From positions 77,240-141,239 of the forward strand of contig CAZQEI010000002.1 of the NCBI GenBank assembly GCA_964592195.1: a stretch of DNA of 64,000 bases, given 5' to 3'. This document shows positions 17,531 through 27,893 of the stretch, piece by piece. This DNA comes from an uncultured Gammaproteobacteria bacterium. GTDB taxonomy: Bacteria; Patescibacteriota; Patescibacteriia; UBA11705. Below the pieces are notes generated by a model. That model saw only the letters and a program-made list of their open reading frames with translations, was not told the DNA's origin and made no database searches. Positions within the stretch are counted from its first letter, which is position 1; the number at the start of each line of letters is the position of its first letter. Both the position numbers and the translations under genes were made by a program.

Positions 17531-18284
17531 CTTCAACAACTCGGGTTTTTCATTATGTTGCCGTTATGCTTTTATGCCCAATAAACTTCGTTACTGCGGC
17601 GGTGATCAATATGAAAAACTTTTAACCTATGGAGCGGCGGATGAAAATGATCCGCTTTTAGCTGATTGGTTAAAAGAATTTGAAACTCTCTACCCATACC
17701 TGCAATTTATTGCCACAGAAAATAAAATTTTGAATCCATTCGAACAATCAGTCGTGGAAGCTTATTGGCTTGGTAACAATTTACTAAATAAAATTGAAAA
17801 AAATAAATTCTATCTTCACCTAGCTGAAAATTTAAAACTAAAAAAAAGATTACCTCCCCAACAATTTGAACGTCTACTCACCAGATTAAATGCGCTGTGC
17901 ATTCCCCATCACAACTTCCATGTTATAAATCTTTGGCTCATGAACCGCGACTTACCTCCCGAAATCTCAATTTCAACCATGGATAATTGTCGTATTAACT
18001 CGGGAAAAATCACTAAAATTGAAAATGATACAATTTCCATAGAAACTGAACAACTAATTTATTCAAATAAAAAAATGGCCTTATCAAAACCACTTATAAA
18101 AAAAATTAATTACTCTATTTCCAATCATCAGTTCATCCATTCTCCGCAAATCAATGACATTATTTCTTTTCACTGGAATTTTGCCTGCGATAAAATCACA
18201 CCAGAACAAGCAAAACATTTGAAATACTTTACTCAGTTGGCAATCAACTCATTTAACCAAACGAACCAAATAATCCCAGGCTAA
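17520..18284 (+). CDS. hypothetical protein
   Basis: 254 aa; overlaps the HypC-like gene by 11 nt; N-terminal Cys cluster CCRYAFMPNKLRYCGG. Confidence 0.45.
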   Translation: MKNSFNNSGFSLCCRYAFMPNKLRYCGGDQYEKLLTYGAADENDPLLADWLKEFETLYPYLQFIATENKILNPFEQSVVEAYWLGNNLLNKIEKNKFYLHLAENLKLKKRLPPQQFERLLTRLNALCIPHHNFHVINLWLMNRDLPPEISISTMDNCRINSGKITKIENDTISIETEQLIYSNKKMALSKPLIKKINYSISNHQFIHSPQINDIISFHWNFACDKITPEQAKHLKYFTQLAINSFNQTNQIIPG

Positions 18285-18989
18285 TAATTCTTTACCAAAA
18301 TTGTACTTAACCCAAGACATTACAAAAGATAAACATTCATCAATCACCACCTTCTTTACTGCCAGATGATCAATGGCTCGCCATTCATCAGCAAACGCAA
18401 TTCGCAACAATCTCAAACAATCGCAAGAGATTGTTTTTTTTTCCACGTCTTCGCGTTGACAGACAATACCATTTTCTTTGAAACCAAAATAAACTTGGTG
18501 CTCTAAATGTTGTCCACAAATAGCACAATTATCTAATCGACTTTCATAACCTAAATATTTTATCAAACGAATCCCAAAAATTAAAACTACTATCTTTTTC
18601 TGATAACTATTTTTAGCTAATTTTAGCCAATTTATTATATCTATTAACCACCCCCAAATTTGTTCATCTTTCTCCGACGCCATTAAACATTTCAATAACA
18701 TATCATTTATTGCCATCATAAAAGGATAATTTTCATCCAAATCCAACTCAAAATTATTTACCAACCTGGCAGTAGCCAAGCGATCCATAAATTTTGATCT
18801 AGCAATCATTGTATCCACCACTCCCCAGCAACTGAGATGTCCAATATTTTTGCTTTTTATTTTTTTGGTTCCAATAGAAACCACATCCACACGACCGAGT
18901 TCCCGAGTCAACAGCGTAAAAAGACTGTCGTTTTCCCGCCAGTCCCTTCTTTGCAATACTATTGCTTCAGTTCGCCAAGTCTTACTCAT
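18249..18989 (-). CDS. recO: DNA repair protein RecO
   Basis: 246 aa; N-terminal OB-fold-like region (EAIVLQRRDWRENDSLFTLLTRELGRV) and C-terminal C4 zinc motif (CAICGQ...CDC). Confidence 0.65.
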   Translation of the reverse strand: MSKTWRTEAIVLQRRDWRENDSLFTLLTRELGRVDVVSIGTKKIKSKNIGHLSCWGVVDTMIARSKFMDRLATARLVNNFELDLDENYPFMMAINDMLLKCLMASEKDEQIWGWLIDIINWLKLAKNSYQKKIVVLIFGIRLIKYLGYESRLDNCAICGQHLEHQVYFGFKENGIVCQREDVEKKTISCDCLRLLRIAFADEWRAIDHLAVKKVVIDECLSFVMSWVKYNFGKELLAWDYLVRLVK

Positions 18990-19387
18990 ATACGATCAAG
19001 ATATGATTGCAAAATTACCGCCGCAGCCACAGAATCATCATCACCTCCGCGAGTATCAGAATATTGTTTTTTTACACTATTAAACATGGAAGTTGAAAAT
19101 CGCTCATCTTCAAAGTGAACTGGCAACCCCAGCCCTTTCAGCTCATCAATAAAATCCGTATACTTTTTATTTTGAGAATCATTCCCTGCCAAACTTTTTG
19201 GTTGCCCAACAACAAAAGCTTCAATATTTTCTTCATTTACTATCTTAACGAGACTGTCAATAACTTTTTCGCTGTCTCCAAATTGTAAAATAATAAAAGG
19301 ACTGGCAACTTTTACTTCGTCACTACCTATAGCAACTCCCACTTTTCTTTCACCCCAATCTATTCCTAAAAACATCATATTATTCAC
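18986..19387 (-). CDS. ruvX: Holliday-junction resolvase-like YqgF/RuvX
   Basis: 133 aa; LGIDWGERKVGVAIGSDE matches the YqgF N-terminal consensus. Confidence 0.8.
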   Translation of the reverse strand: MNNMMFLGIDWGERKVGVAIGSDEVKVASPFIILQFGDSEKVIDSLVKIVNEENIEAFVVGQPKSLAGNDSQNKKYTDFIDELKGLGLPVHFEDERFSTSMFNSVKKQYSDTRGGDDDSVAAAVILQSYLDRI

Positions 19388-20144
19388 CAGTTAAAATAAT
19401 CGTGCCCTTATTTGTAATGGCTAAAGAGTTTTCAAAATGCGCCGATAAGCTTTTGTCTGCTGTTACATACGTCCAATCATCTTCAGCTATTTCCAAAGTA
19501 TAATCACCCATTGTGACCATTGGCTCGCAAGCAATCACCATCCCTTCCTTTAAAATCAGATGATAATGTTTCATCACATAATTTGGTAATTGCGGGTCTT
19601 CATGAATTTCATAACCAACTCCATGACCAACTAAAGACCGGACCACTCCAAACCCATTTTTCTCAATATGATCCTGAGCCAAGCGAGATAAATATTGCCA
19701 ATCCACACCAACCCCAGCATTCTTTTCAATTAAAACTAATGATTCCCTGGTTACATTGATCAAACGTTGAGCTTCTTTATCTATTCTTCCCACGCCCACG
19801 GTAATGGCCATATCAGTGTGTAGACCACCTTTGGCTGGATATTTCATGCCAATATCCAAACCAATGATATCCCCTTCCTGGAGAATCATGTTGGCCTTGG
19901 GGATACCGTGCACCACTTCATCATTCACAGAGGTGCATAATGATGCTGGGTATGGTGGTTCCCCATAGTTTTTAAATGATGGAATACCGCCTGCTTCTAA
20001 TATTAACTTTTCTGCCACTTGATCGAGTTCCAAGGTTGTGACCCCAGGCACGACTAAATCTGCGACGCGATATAAAATTTCGTGCAGACGTTTTCCGCCT
20101 TCACGTAAAATTTGTATTTCCTCTGGACTTTTATATGATATCAT
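19380..20144 (-). CDS. map: methionine aminopeptidase type I
   Basis: 254 aa; KSPEEIQILREGGK...VVHGIP...HGVGYEIHE MAP motifs. Confidence 0.9.
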   Translation of the reverse strand: MISYKSPEEIQILREGGKRLHEILYRVADLVVPGVTTLELDQVAEKLILEAGGIPSFKNYGEPPYPASLCTSVNDEVVHGIPKANMILQEGDIIGLDIGMKYPAKGGLHTDMAITVGVGRIDKEAQRLINVTRESLVLIEKNAGVGVDWQYLSRLAQDHIEKNGFGVVRSLVGHGVGYEIHEDPQLPNYVMKHYHLILKEGMVIACEPMVTMGDYTLEIAEDDWTYVTADKSLSAHFENSLAITNKGTIILTGE

Positions 20145-20791
20145 TTTATTAGTTTAATAATTTCCTTTGTTACTGCCTCAATCGATTGATCAGCATCCAC
20201 AAAAGCAAAATTGATTAGATTATTTTTATTCTGTTTAAAATATTGAATTACAGGCGCAGTTTGTTCGTAATAAATTTTGATACGACGTTTGATTACTGCC
20301 TTCTTAGAATCAGAACGAATATACAATTTCTTACCACATTCATCACAAATACCTTTATGCTTCGGTGGATCAAATTTAACATGATACGTACGGCCACAAG
20401 AACACACTCTACGACCATTAATACGCTCAATAATCTTGTCATCGCTTAAATAAATTTCAATAAAATACACCTTCGCTTTTTCATGGTTAAATAAATGGAA
20501 CAATTTATCTGATTGCTTAAAATTTCTTGGATAACCATCAAATAAATAGTTTGCAGACTGGTCTTTTTTTATTGCTTTAAATACAATGTCATCTACAATA
20601 TTATCAGAAACCATCTTACCAGTTTTGACTAAGTGATTGATCTTCTTACCTAAAGCAGTTTGTTTTTCAATTTCTTGGCGTAAAAACACACCAGGTTGAA
20701 TCAATTTAGCTTTCAATTTTTTCTCTAAAACTTCAGCCTGAGTTCCCTTTCCAGAACCTGGGGGACCAACTAAAATATACGCTCGTTTCAT
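20141..20791 (-). CDS. adk: adenylate kinase
   Basis: P-loop VGPPGSGKGTQA; zinc lid CSCGRTYH...CDECG. Confidence 0.9.
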   Translation of the reverse strand: MKRAYILVGPPGSGKGTQAEVLEKKLKAKLIQPGVFLRQEIEKQTALGKKINHLVKTGKMVSDNIVDDIVFKAIKKDQSANYLFDGYPRNFKQSDKLFHLFNHEKAKVYFIEIYLSDDKIIERINGRRVCSCGRTYHVKFDPPKHKGICDECGKKLYIRSDSKKAVIKRRIKIYYEQTAPVIQYFKQNKNNLINFAFVDADQSIEAVTKEIIKLIK

Positions 20792-20892
20792 AATATTTGT
20801 TTAATTTATGCTATAACTATATCAAATCATCTCCTAATCGTCAAAAAAAGACCTCCTAAACGGAAGTCTCTTTTCTATGTTGAACATTATCT

Positions 20893-22164
20893 TTAAAAGT
20901 TTTCGTAATCACGCATGGACAACTGAGAGTCTACCTGTTTCATGGTTTCAATGACCACACTTACTACGATTAAAATGCTTGTGCCACCGATTGCCATAGA
21001 TTGCATACCTAATCCACCTTGCACCAACAATGGTAGAATTGCAATGATTGCCAAGAACAAAGCGCCCATCAAGGTTATTCTACTAATAGTGTTTTGCAGA
21101 TAATGTGAAGTATGCTCGCCTGGACGAATACCAGGAATAAACGCACCATTTTTTTGCAAATTATCAGCGATTTGTTGTGGATGGAATATCACTGCGGTAT
21201 AGAAGTATGTAAATCCAAATACAAATATAAAGTAAAGAATTCCATGAACCACATTATTTTGAAAAACATTCAAAATCCATTGACCAACGTTCACGATAAA
21301 TTCTGTTTTTGCTCTCACCATGAATTGTGCAATCATGGTTGGAAACATAATAATCGAAATCGCGAAGATAATCGGAATTACACCGGCTTGATTAACGCGT
21401 ATAGGTAAATGAGTATTAGTACCTCCGAACATACGATTGCCACGAACACGCTTGGCATAGGAAACAGGTATATTTCTTTGAGCTTCAGAGATAAGGACCA
21501 CACCCACAATTGTTACAACCGCAATCGCGGCAAACACTAACAACGTAATAATTTGATCCTTGCTAAAATTAATCAAAGTTCTTTGAATCATTTGAGGAAT
21601 ACTAGTAACAATACCCACAAAAATCAATAATGAAGTTCCATTACCCAATTTCTTTTCTGTAATTAATTCACCTAACCACATCAAGAAGATCGTACCAGCT
21701 GTAACCGTCAAAATCATCACAAACATATTAAAAGCAGAAGTGTCTTGGATAATCGGTTGAGAAGAGCGTAATAATAAATTAATCATCGCGTAAGCTTGTA
21801 AGATAGCTAATGGAACAGTTGCCCATCGGGTATATGCATTAACCTTCTTACGACCAGCTTCTTCTTTCATCATTTCTTCCAATTTAGGCACAATCATTGC
21901 CAACAATTGAAAAATAATTGAAGAAGTAATATATGGGGCCACACCAAGCATGACGATGGAAAAATTTTCCATACCGCCGCCAGAAAACAGATTTAATAAA
22001 CCTAAAATTTGGTTAGACGAGAAAAATTGCTTCAAATTTTCAGCATTAACACCAGGTATCGGAATATGGGCCGCAAATCGGAAAACCACCAATAATGCTA
22101 AAATATACAGTAAATTATTTCTAATTTCGCGAACTTTCCAAATTTGTGAAATTTTCTCCCACAT
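20893..22164 (-). CDS. secY: preprotein translocase subunit SecY
   Basis: 423 aa, 10 TM helices, conserved SecY blocks (GGTSLLIFVGI, IPIIFA). Confidence 0.9.
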   Translation of the reverse strand: MWEKISQIWKVREIRNNLLYILALLVVFRFAAHIPIPGVNAENLKQFFSSNQILGLLNLFSGGGMENFSIVMLGVAPYITSSIIFQLLAMIVPKLEEMMKEEAGRKKVNAYTRWATVPLAILQAYAMINLLLRSSQPIIQDTSAFNMFVMILTVTAGTIFLMWLGELITEKKLGNGTSLLIFVGIVTSIPQMIQRTLINFSKDQIITLLVFAAIAVVTIVGVVLISEAQRNIPVSYAKRVRGNRMFGGTNTHLPIRVNQAGVIPIIFAISIIMFPTMIAQFMVRAKTEFIVNVGQWILNVFQNNVVHGILYFIFVFGFTYFYTAVIFHPQQIADNLQKNGAFIPGIRPGEHTSHYLQNTISRITLMGALFLAIIAILPLLVQGGLGMQSMAIGGTSILIVVSVVIETMKQVDSQLSMRDYENF

Positions 22165-22208
22165 GTGTTTGAAATTTTATTTTAAATTAAACCAACACTC
22201 TAATTATA

Positions 22209-22673
22209 TTACTCTTTTTCTTCGGTTTCAACGGCTGGAACAATTACCTTACCCCCAGCTTTTTCAATCAACTCTTTGGCTCCAGCGGTCACGCGGCAAC
22301 CTTCAACAGTCACGGCCACGCTGATTTCACCTCGTTTCAAAATTTTAACTGGGATAGCCAATGTCGCGATTACCATTTTTTCAAACAAAATCACTGGAGT
22401 GACTGTATCCCCGGCTGCAAAAATGTTAAGAGTAGACAAAGACACTTCCTGAATTTCAGATCTTGGTTTATCACCCTTGTATTTAGGAAAATTTGATAAA
22501 TTGTGTTTGAAACCTTTATACTTCAAACCTTTTTTACCACCGGAACGAGAGCGCTGCCCTTTACAGCCACGTCCACTAAAACTACCATGTCCAGTCGCAT
22601 TACCACGACCAACACGAATATGTGTTTTGCGAACCCGAGCATCCGCCTTTAAATTATGTAATCCAAATGCCAT
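22209..22673 (-). CDS. rplO: 50S ribosomal protein L15
   Basis: RVGRGNATGHGSFSGRG motif. Confidence 0.85.
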   Translation of the reverse strand: MAFGLHNLKADARVRKTHIRVGRGNATGHGSFSGRGCKGQRSRSGGKKGLKYKGFKHNLSNFPKYKGDKPRSEIQEVSLSTLNIFAAGDTVTPVILFEKMVIATLAIPVKILKRGEISVAVTVEGCRVTAGAKELIEKAGGKVIVPAVETEEKE

Positions 22674-22692
22674 ATAGTTAATATTATTTCAC

Positions 22693-23349
22693 TTACTTGG
22701 AAGTCTCTACAACTGCAGTTTCGGCTTTCGCTGTAGCAGGCTCTTCAACTTTTTCTTTTACAGGCTTGCTATCGATATTCTTTTTATCAAATGGAGCCTT
22801 TTTATCACTACGAGATCGATCATTTGGTTTGTTTCCCAAAGCAGGCTTTACCAACTTTTGCAATTTTGTTCCACGCACAACAAATTGATCAACCGCTTCC
22901 ACCAAAGCACGTACATTATTAATTTTGTTATTACTACCCAAAATTTTACAAGTAATATTCGGTACGCCAGCTAAATCTAAAACCATACGAATGGCCCCAC
23001 CAGCTTTAATACCAGTACCTTCTGGAGCTGGTTTCAACAAAATTTTAGCTGCCTTTGATTTGATATAAAGTCTGTGAGGAATGGTGTTTTTGACAATCGG
23101 AATTTCAACCATGTTTTTCTTGGCTTGATTAACAGCTTTATTAATGGCAATACTGACATCAGCACCTTTTGCCAAACCAATACCAAACTTGCCAGCTCGA
23201 TCACCAATCGCTACGCAGGCTCGAAAACGCATACGTTTACCACCGGCCATGACACGCGTTACGCGCGCCAAATCAATTACCCGTTGGTCAAATTCTTTTT
23301 CTTGATTGGGTCGTTGAGGCCCTCTTTTCTTTGACTTTGATTTATCCAT
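22693..23349 (-). CDS. rpsE: 30S ribosomal protein S5 (N- and C-terminal extensions)
   Basis: S5 dsRBD and C-terminal domain; followed directly by rplO, so no L30 gene. Confidence 0.85.
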   Translation of the reverse strand: MDKSKSKKRGPQRPNQEKEFDQRVIDLARVTRVMAGGKRMRFRACVAIGDRAGKFGIGLAKGADVSIAINKAVNQAKKNMVEIPIVKNTIPHRLYIKSKAAKILLKPAPEGTGIKAGGAIRMVLDLAGVPNITCKILGSNNKINNVRALVEAVDQFVVRGTKLQKLVKPALGNKPNDRSRSDKKAPFDKKNIDSKPVKEKVEEPATAKAETAVVETSK

Positions 23350-23367
23350 ATTAGTAATTTCTTATAA

Positions 23368-23727
23368 TTAAAACTTTAAGCCACCTTCTCTCATACCCTC
23401 AGCCAATGACTTCACCCGACCGTGATATTTATAGCGACCTCGATCAAAAACAATATCTACAATTTTTACTTCCGCCGCGCGTTGAGCCACCAAGGTGCCC
23501 ACCGCCTTTGAAAGTTCAATTGGCTTCAATTTTTTATCTTTGATTTCTTTAGAATTGGCCGCGACTAAAGTTTTACCAACTGTATCATCGATAATCTGGA
23601 TATTGATATGCTTAGCGCTACGAAAGATCGAAGCTCTAGGTCTTTCGGTGGTACCATAAATCTTGGCCCGAACTCTCGCTCGACGTCTTTCATTTCGTTC
23701 TTTTTGTTGCTTTTGAATATTCGGCAT
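23368..23727 (-). CDS. rplR: 50S ribosomal protein L18
   Basis: 119 aa L18 signature. Confidence 0.85.
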   Translation of the reverse strand: MPNIQKQQKERNERRRARVRAKIYGTTERPRASIFRSAKHINIQIIDDTVGKTLVAANSKEIKDKKLKPIELSKAVGTLVAQRAAEVKIVDIVFDRGRYKYHGRVKSLAEGMREGGLKF

Positions 23728-23747
23728 ATTATTTTATCAAATTTATA

Positions 23748-24293
23748 TTATTCGGATTTAGTCACAGACTTACCAGCCTTGCGTCGGATGACCTCATCAA
23801 CATATTTAATTCCTTTGCCATTATATGGTTCTGGTTTCTTAATTTTTCGAATATTGGCAGAAACTTGTCCGACTAATTCTTTGTCAATGCCGCTAACACT
23901 GATGATGTTTTTCGCGACTTCGACTTTGATACCTTCGGGTAATGGGAAAATTACTTGGTGAGAGAAACCAACGTTCAGAGTCAACTTATTAGTTCCAGCT
24001 TCAGCCTTGAAACCCACGCCATTAATTTCCAATTTTTTCTCGAATCCAGCCGTTACCCCAATTATCATATTAGCAATTAAATTGCGATACAATCCCCAAA
24101 GCGCGCGTTCTTTTTTATTTACTTCATTTTTTACCGTCACAGTGATTACATTGTCAGCTATAGCCAATTTCACCAAACGATTGATTTCACGACGTAATTC
24201 ACCTTTAGGACCTTTGACAATCAAAAGCAAATCATCCAAGGTGACTTGCACGCCCGCCGGAATTACGATCGGTTGTTTTCCAACTCTAGACAT
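23748..24293 (-). CDS. rplF: 50S ribosomal protein L6
   Basis: 181 aa, two L6 repeats. Confidence 0.85.
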   Translation of the reverse strand: MSRVGKQPIVIPAGVQVTLDDLLLIVKGPKGELRREINRLVKLAIADNVITVTVKNEVNKKERALWGLYRNLIANMIIGVTAGFEKKLEINGVGFKAEAGTNKLTLNVGFSHQVIFPLPEGIKVEVAKNIISVSGIDKELVGQVSANIRKIKKPEPYNGKGIKYVDEVIRRKAGKSVTKSE

Positions 24294-24315
24294 ATAATGT
24301 TAGTATTGATAAATA

Positions 24316-24702
24316 TTAGTATAGTTCACAAATTACTTCTCCGCCGACTTGTTTTTCTTGCGCCTCTTTGCTGGTCAACAAACCTTTGGAAGTTGAAATA
24401 ATAGCTACTCCCAAACCATTAAGGACTTCCGGTAAATTCTTGTGACCAACGTAAATACGACGACCGCCGGTACTGACGCGTTGAATATTCTTGATATGAG
24501 GTGTGCGACCAACGTATTTCAAAGTCAAAATGATGGTGCCTTTATTTTCATCATTCTTCTCGATTTTAGCCAAATACCCTTCGCGTACCATAATTTCCGC
24601 CAACTGTAATTTCAGTTTGGAATATGGGATAGCCACGGTCAATTTCTTGGCCATTTGGGCATTTCGGATTCTTGTTAGCATGTCCGCTATTGGATCTGTC
24701 AT
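24316..24702 (-). CDS. rpsH: 30S ribosomal protein S8
   Basis: MTDPIADMLTRIRNA start typical of S8. Confidence 0.9.
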   Translation of the reverse strand: MTDPIADMLTRIRNAQMAKKLTVAIPYSKLKLQLAEIMVREGYLAKIEKNDENKGTIILTLKYVGRTPHIKNIQRVSTGGRRIYVGHKNLPEVLNGLGVAIISTSKGLLTSKEAQEKQVGGEVICELY

Positions 24703-24743
24703 AAAGTTATTGAATGTTTAATATCCTAAATTTAACAAGTTAT

Positions 24744-24929
24744 TTACCAACTACTGCGGGTCAAACCAGAGATTTCACCTCGTTCCGCCAATTCCCGCAC
24801 GCAAATACGACATAAGTCGAACTTTCGCAAATAACCGTGATTTCGACCACAACGCCAGCAACGGCGCACGATGCGAGTAGAAAACTTAGGCGTTCTTTTT
24901 GATTTTGCAATTCTAGCTTTTGTTGCCAT
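24744..24929 (-). CDS. rpsN: 30S ribosomal protein S14 type Z (zinc-binding)
   Basis: 61 aa, CWRCGR...CRIC. Confidence 0.85.
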   Translation of the reverse strand: MATKARIAKSKRTPKFSTRIVRRCWRCGRNHGYLRKFDLCRICVRELAERGEISGLTRSSW

Positions 24930-24947
24930 ATTTAATAAATATTCTTA

Positions 24948-25490
24948 TTAATCTTTCTTAAAAGGAAATCCCAACAATTCCAGTAATGCCAAACCTTCTT
25001 TTTGGCTCTTGGCAGTAGTTCCGATACAGACCTCCAAACCATGAATCTTTTCAATTTCATCCGGACGAATTTCAGGAAACGCCAAATGTTCTTTAAAACC
25101 TAAATTATAATTACCTTGGCGATCAAAAGACTTAGGATCAATACCACGGAAATCTTTGACACGAGGCAAAGTAACTTTAACTAATTTTTCCACAAAGTCC
25201 CACATCCGAGTACCACGTAAAGTCACTTTCATACCAACTACCATACCTTCACGAACTTTAAAGTTAGAAATAGATTTTTTCGCTAAAGTACGAACTGGTT
25301 TTTGACCGGTAATACGTTGAAAATTACTTTCCACCGCTTCCAAAAAGTTAGCATCTTTCGTATTGGCACCAATGCCGATATTAAGAACCACTTGCTTTAA
25401 AGCCGGTACTTGCATAGGATTCTTGTAACTAAAATCAGTCATCAATTGCTTAACTACCTTTTCTTTATAATATTTTTTTAATTCTGACAT
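24948..25490 (-). CDS. rplE: 50S ribosomal protein L5
   Basis: 180 aa L5. Confidence 0.9.
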   Translation of the reverse strand: MSELKKYYKEKVVKQLMTDFSYKNPMQVPALKQVVLNIGIGANTKDANFLEAVESNFQRITGQKPVRTLAKKSISNFKVREGMVVGMKVTLRGTRMWDFVEKLVKVTLPRVKDFRGIDPKSFDRQGNYNLGFKEHLAFPEIRPDEIEKIHGLEVCIGTTAKSQKEGLALLELLGFPFKKD

Positions 25491-25506
25491 ATTTATGTAT
25501 GCTTAA

Positions 25507-25872
25507 TTAATCGATGACTTCTTTACAATGCTTGCAGATACGAACCTTCTTCTGAGATTTCTTATCTGTATCCAGGACTTTAAACCCAACTCGAACTGGA
25601 CGGTTACATTTTGGGCAAACCAACATTACATTGGAAACATTCATTGAACCTGGGAAAGAAATACGTTGTCCTTTTTCACCAGCTTTCTTTGGTTTTAAAT
25701 GTTTGATTCTCAAATTTAAACCTTCAACCACCACTCGATCAGTTGCTTTGATAACTTGTAGAACTTTTCCTTGATTGGTTTTGTCCATCTTTTCACCAGC
25801 AGCAGTTCGCTTCACGCGATCCTTACCAGCCACAATTTGGACTTTATCACCTTTTTTAATTTTAGTAATCAT
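25507..25872 (-). CDS. rplX: 50S ribosomal protein L24 with C-terminal zinc-ribbon extension
   Basis: KOW motif KKGDKVQIVAGKD; extra C-terminal CPKCN...CKHC. Confidence 0.8.
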   Translation of the reverse strand: MITKIKKGDKVQIVAGKDRVKRTAAGEKMDKTNQGKVLQVIKATDRVVVEGLNLRIKHLKPKKAGEKGQRISFPGSMNVSNVMLVCPKCNRPVRVGFKVLDTDKKSQKKVRICKHCKEVID

Positions 25873-25897
25873 ATCTCTGTATAATTTAGGGATTCAA

Positions 25898-26269
25898 TTA
25901 TAAGACTTCTGGCGCCAAAGAAACAATCTTGGTAAAGCCGTGTTTGCGTAATTCACGCGCCACTGGGCCAAACACACGAGTACCCTTTGGTTCCAAAGTT
26001 TTCTTATCAACAATTACGACCGCATTGTCATCAAAACGAATATAAGTACCATTGGCACGACGAGTTTCCTTGTGGGTTCGGACAATCACCGCATGCACCA
26101 CTTCACCTTTTTTCACCGCTGAGTGCGGTTTGGCTTCTTTAATGGAACAAGTGATAATGTCTCCCAATCGGGCATAGCGTTTTTTATAACCACCCAAAAC
26201 CTTGATGCACTGCAATTTGCGGGCACCAGTATTATCGGCTGATTTTAGCATTGTTCGATGTTGAACCAT
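25898..26269 (-). CDS. rplN: 50S ribosomal protein L14
   Basis: 123 aa L14. Confidence 0.9.
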   Translation of the reverse strand: MVQHRTMLKSADNTGARKLQCIKVLGGYKKRYARLGDIITCSIKEAKPHSAVKKGEVVHAVIVRTHKETRRANGTYIRFDDNAVVIVDKKTLEPKGTRVFGPVARELRKHGFTKIVSLAPEVL

Positions 26270-26286
26270 ATATCCATTATCTAAAT

Positions 26287-26562
26287 TTATTTAATTTTTT
26301 CGATTATGCGATAACGCTTGTCCCGGCTAATTGGTCGGCATTCTTCAATCACCACTACATCCCCTACTTTATAAAGACTTTGAGGATTATCAGCTTTAAA
26401 CTTTTTGCTGCGTTGTAATTTTTTGCCATAAACCGGATCAGTAATGACTTCTTCAACCTTAACTACCACGGTTTTAACCATCTTATTGCTAACTACCGTG
26501 CCGGTAAAACGACGAAAATTTTTAGTTTTTTGTTCAGTCATATTATTTATCGTTGCGTTCAT
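26287..26562 (-). CDS. rpsQ: 30S ribosomal protein S17
   Basis: 91 aa S17 OB fold. Confidence 0.8.
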   Translation of the reverse strand: MNATINNMTEQKTKNFRRFTGTVVSNKMVKTVVVKVEEVITDPVYGKKLQRSKKFKADNPQSLYKVGDVVVIEECRPISRDKRYRIIEKIK

Positions 26563-26734
26563 TGATTATGGTATTGATCCGGGCAATGAGTTTCTTGACT
26601 TGGCGTAACTCTCGAACATTCTTGAGTTGATTGTTCGCCACTTTGAAATTCAAATCTTGAAGTTTGACTGAAGAGTCAACTAACAAATGTTTCAAATCTT
26701 CAATTTTTTTATCTTTTAATTCGCTAAGCTTCAT
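26543..26734 (-). CDS. rpmC: 50S ribosomal protein L29
   Basis: 63 aa helical; position between rplP and rpsQ. Confidence 0.7.
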   Translation of the reverse strand: MKLSELKDKKIEDLKHLLVDSSVKLQDLNFKVANNQLKNVRELRQVKKLIARINTIINERNDK

Positions 26735-26758
26735 ATACCCGAAATTATTTAAATTAAA

Positions 26759-27178
26759 TTATTGTTTTTTCATAATAATCTTCGTCTTGACTGGCAACTT
26801 ATGAGAAGCACGATTTAAAGCTTCTACCGCAATCGCCTGTGGCAAACCGCTGATTTCGAACAACATGGTACCGGGGCAAACATTGGCCACAAAATACTCT
26901 GGCGCACCTTTACCAGAACCCATGGTAAAATGAGTACCCTTGGAAGTAACTGGCTTATCTGGAAAAACTCGAATCCAAATTTTTCCGCCCTTCTTCATAA
27001 AATATACAATCGCCCGACGTGCGGCTTCCAACTGACGAGAGCTGACCCAAGACGCCGACATGGCTTTCAAACCAAACTCACCAAAATCCAAAGTTGTAAT
27101 GGTGGTGGCTGGGGAAATACGGTTTAATCCGCGACCCTTTTGCCATTTGCGATGTTTTACTTTTTTCGGTATTAACAT
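26759..27178 (-). CDS. rplP: 50S ribosomal protein L16
   Basis: 139 aa L16. Confidence 0.9.
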   Translation of the reverse strand: MLIPKKVKHRKWQKGRGLNRISPATTITTLDFGEFGLKAMSASWVSSRQLEAARRAIVYFMKKGGKIWIRVFPDKPVTSKGTHFTMGSGKGAPEYFVANVCPGTMLFEISGLPQAIAVEALNRASHKLPVKTKIIMKKQ

Positions 27179-27200
27179 ATTGTATTATCTAATTACTATT

Positions 27201-27887
27201 TTACTTGTCATTTTTTTCCACACTTTTTTCGTCCTTAACACTACTCTTGAAAACATCACCCTTATAAATCCAAACCTTAATGCCAATCACACCATAAGTG
27301 GTATAAGCACGTTCTTCCGCGTAGTTGATATCAGCACGAATAGTATGTAGTGGTAATTTACCAGAAACTAACATTTCAGAACGAGCAATTTCCGCTCCAT
27401 TCAAACGTCCGCCGATAATCACTTTAATACCTAATGCGCCAGAGCGTTCAACTTTTTGAATGGCTTGCTTCATCGCGCGTCGAAAAGCCACACGTTTTTC
27501 AATATCAAATTTAATCCCTTGAGCAATCAATGCCGCATCCATAGAAGGATTGGTGATTTCTTTTATATTTACATTAACTTTAATGTTCTTGTTTTTTACA
27601 AATGAACGGCTGATTTTCTTTCTCAATTCTTCTACCCCAGCACCACCCTTGCCAATAATTACACCCGGACGAGCAGAATGAATAGTCACGCTAGTATCTT
27701 TTGCTGATCTTTCAATTTCAATTTTAGAAATAGAAGCATCGAGCAACTTTTTACGCAAATATTCTCGAATTAAAACATCTTGCATTAAAATTTCTTTAAA
27801 ATCTTTTTCACGCTTGGCAAACCAACGAGAATCCCAAGTGTTGAGAGCTTTTAAGCGAAATACTATTGGATTGATTTTTTTACCCAT
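27201..27887 (-). CDS. rpsC: 30S ribosomal protein S3
   Basis: KH and C-terminal domains; 228 aa. Confidence 0.9.
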   Translation of the reverse strand: MGKKINPIVFRLKALNTWDSRWFAKREKDFKEILMQDVLIREYLRKKLLDASISKIEIERSAKDTSVTIHSARPGVIIGKGGAGVEELRKKISRSFVKNKNIKVNVNIKEITNPSMDAALIAQGIKFDIEKRVAFRRAMKQAIQKVERSGALGIKVIIGGRLNGAEIARSEMLVSGKLPLHTIRADINYAEERAYTTYGVIGIKVWIYKGDVFKSSVKDEKSVEKNDK

Positions 27888-27893
27888 ATTTTT

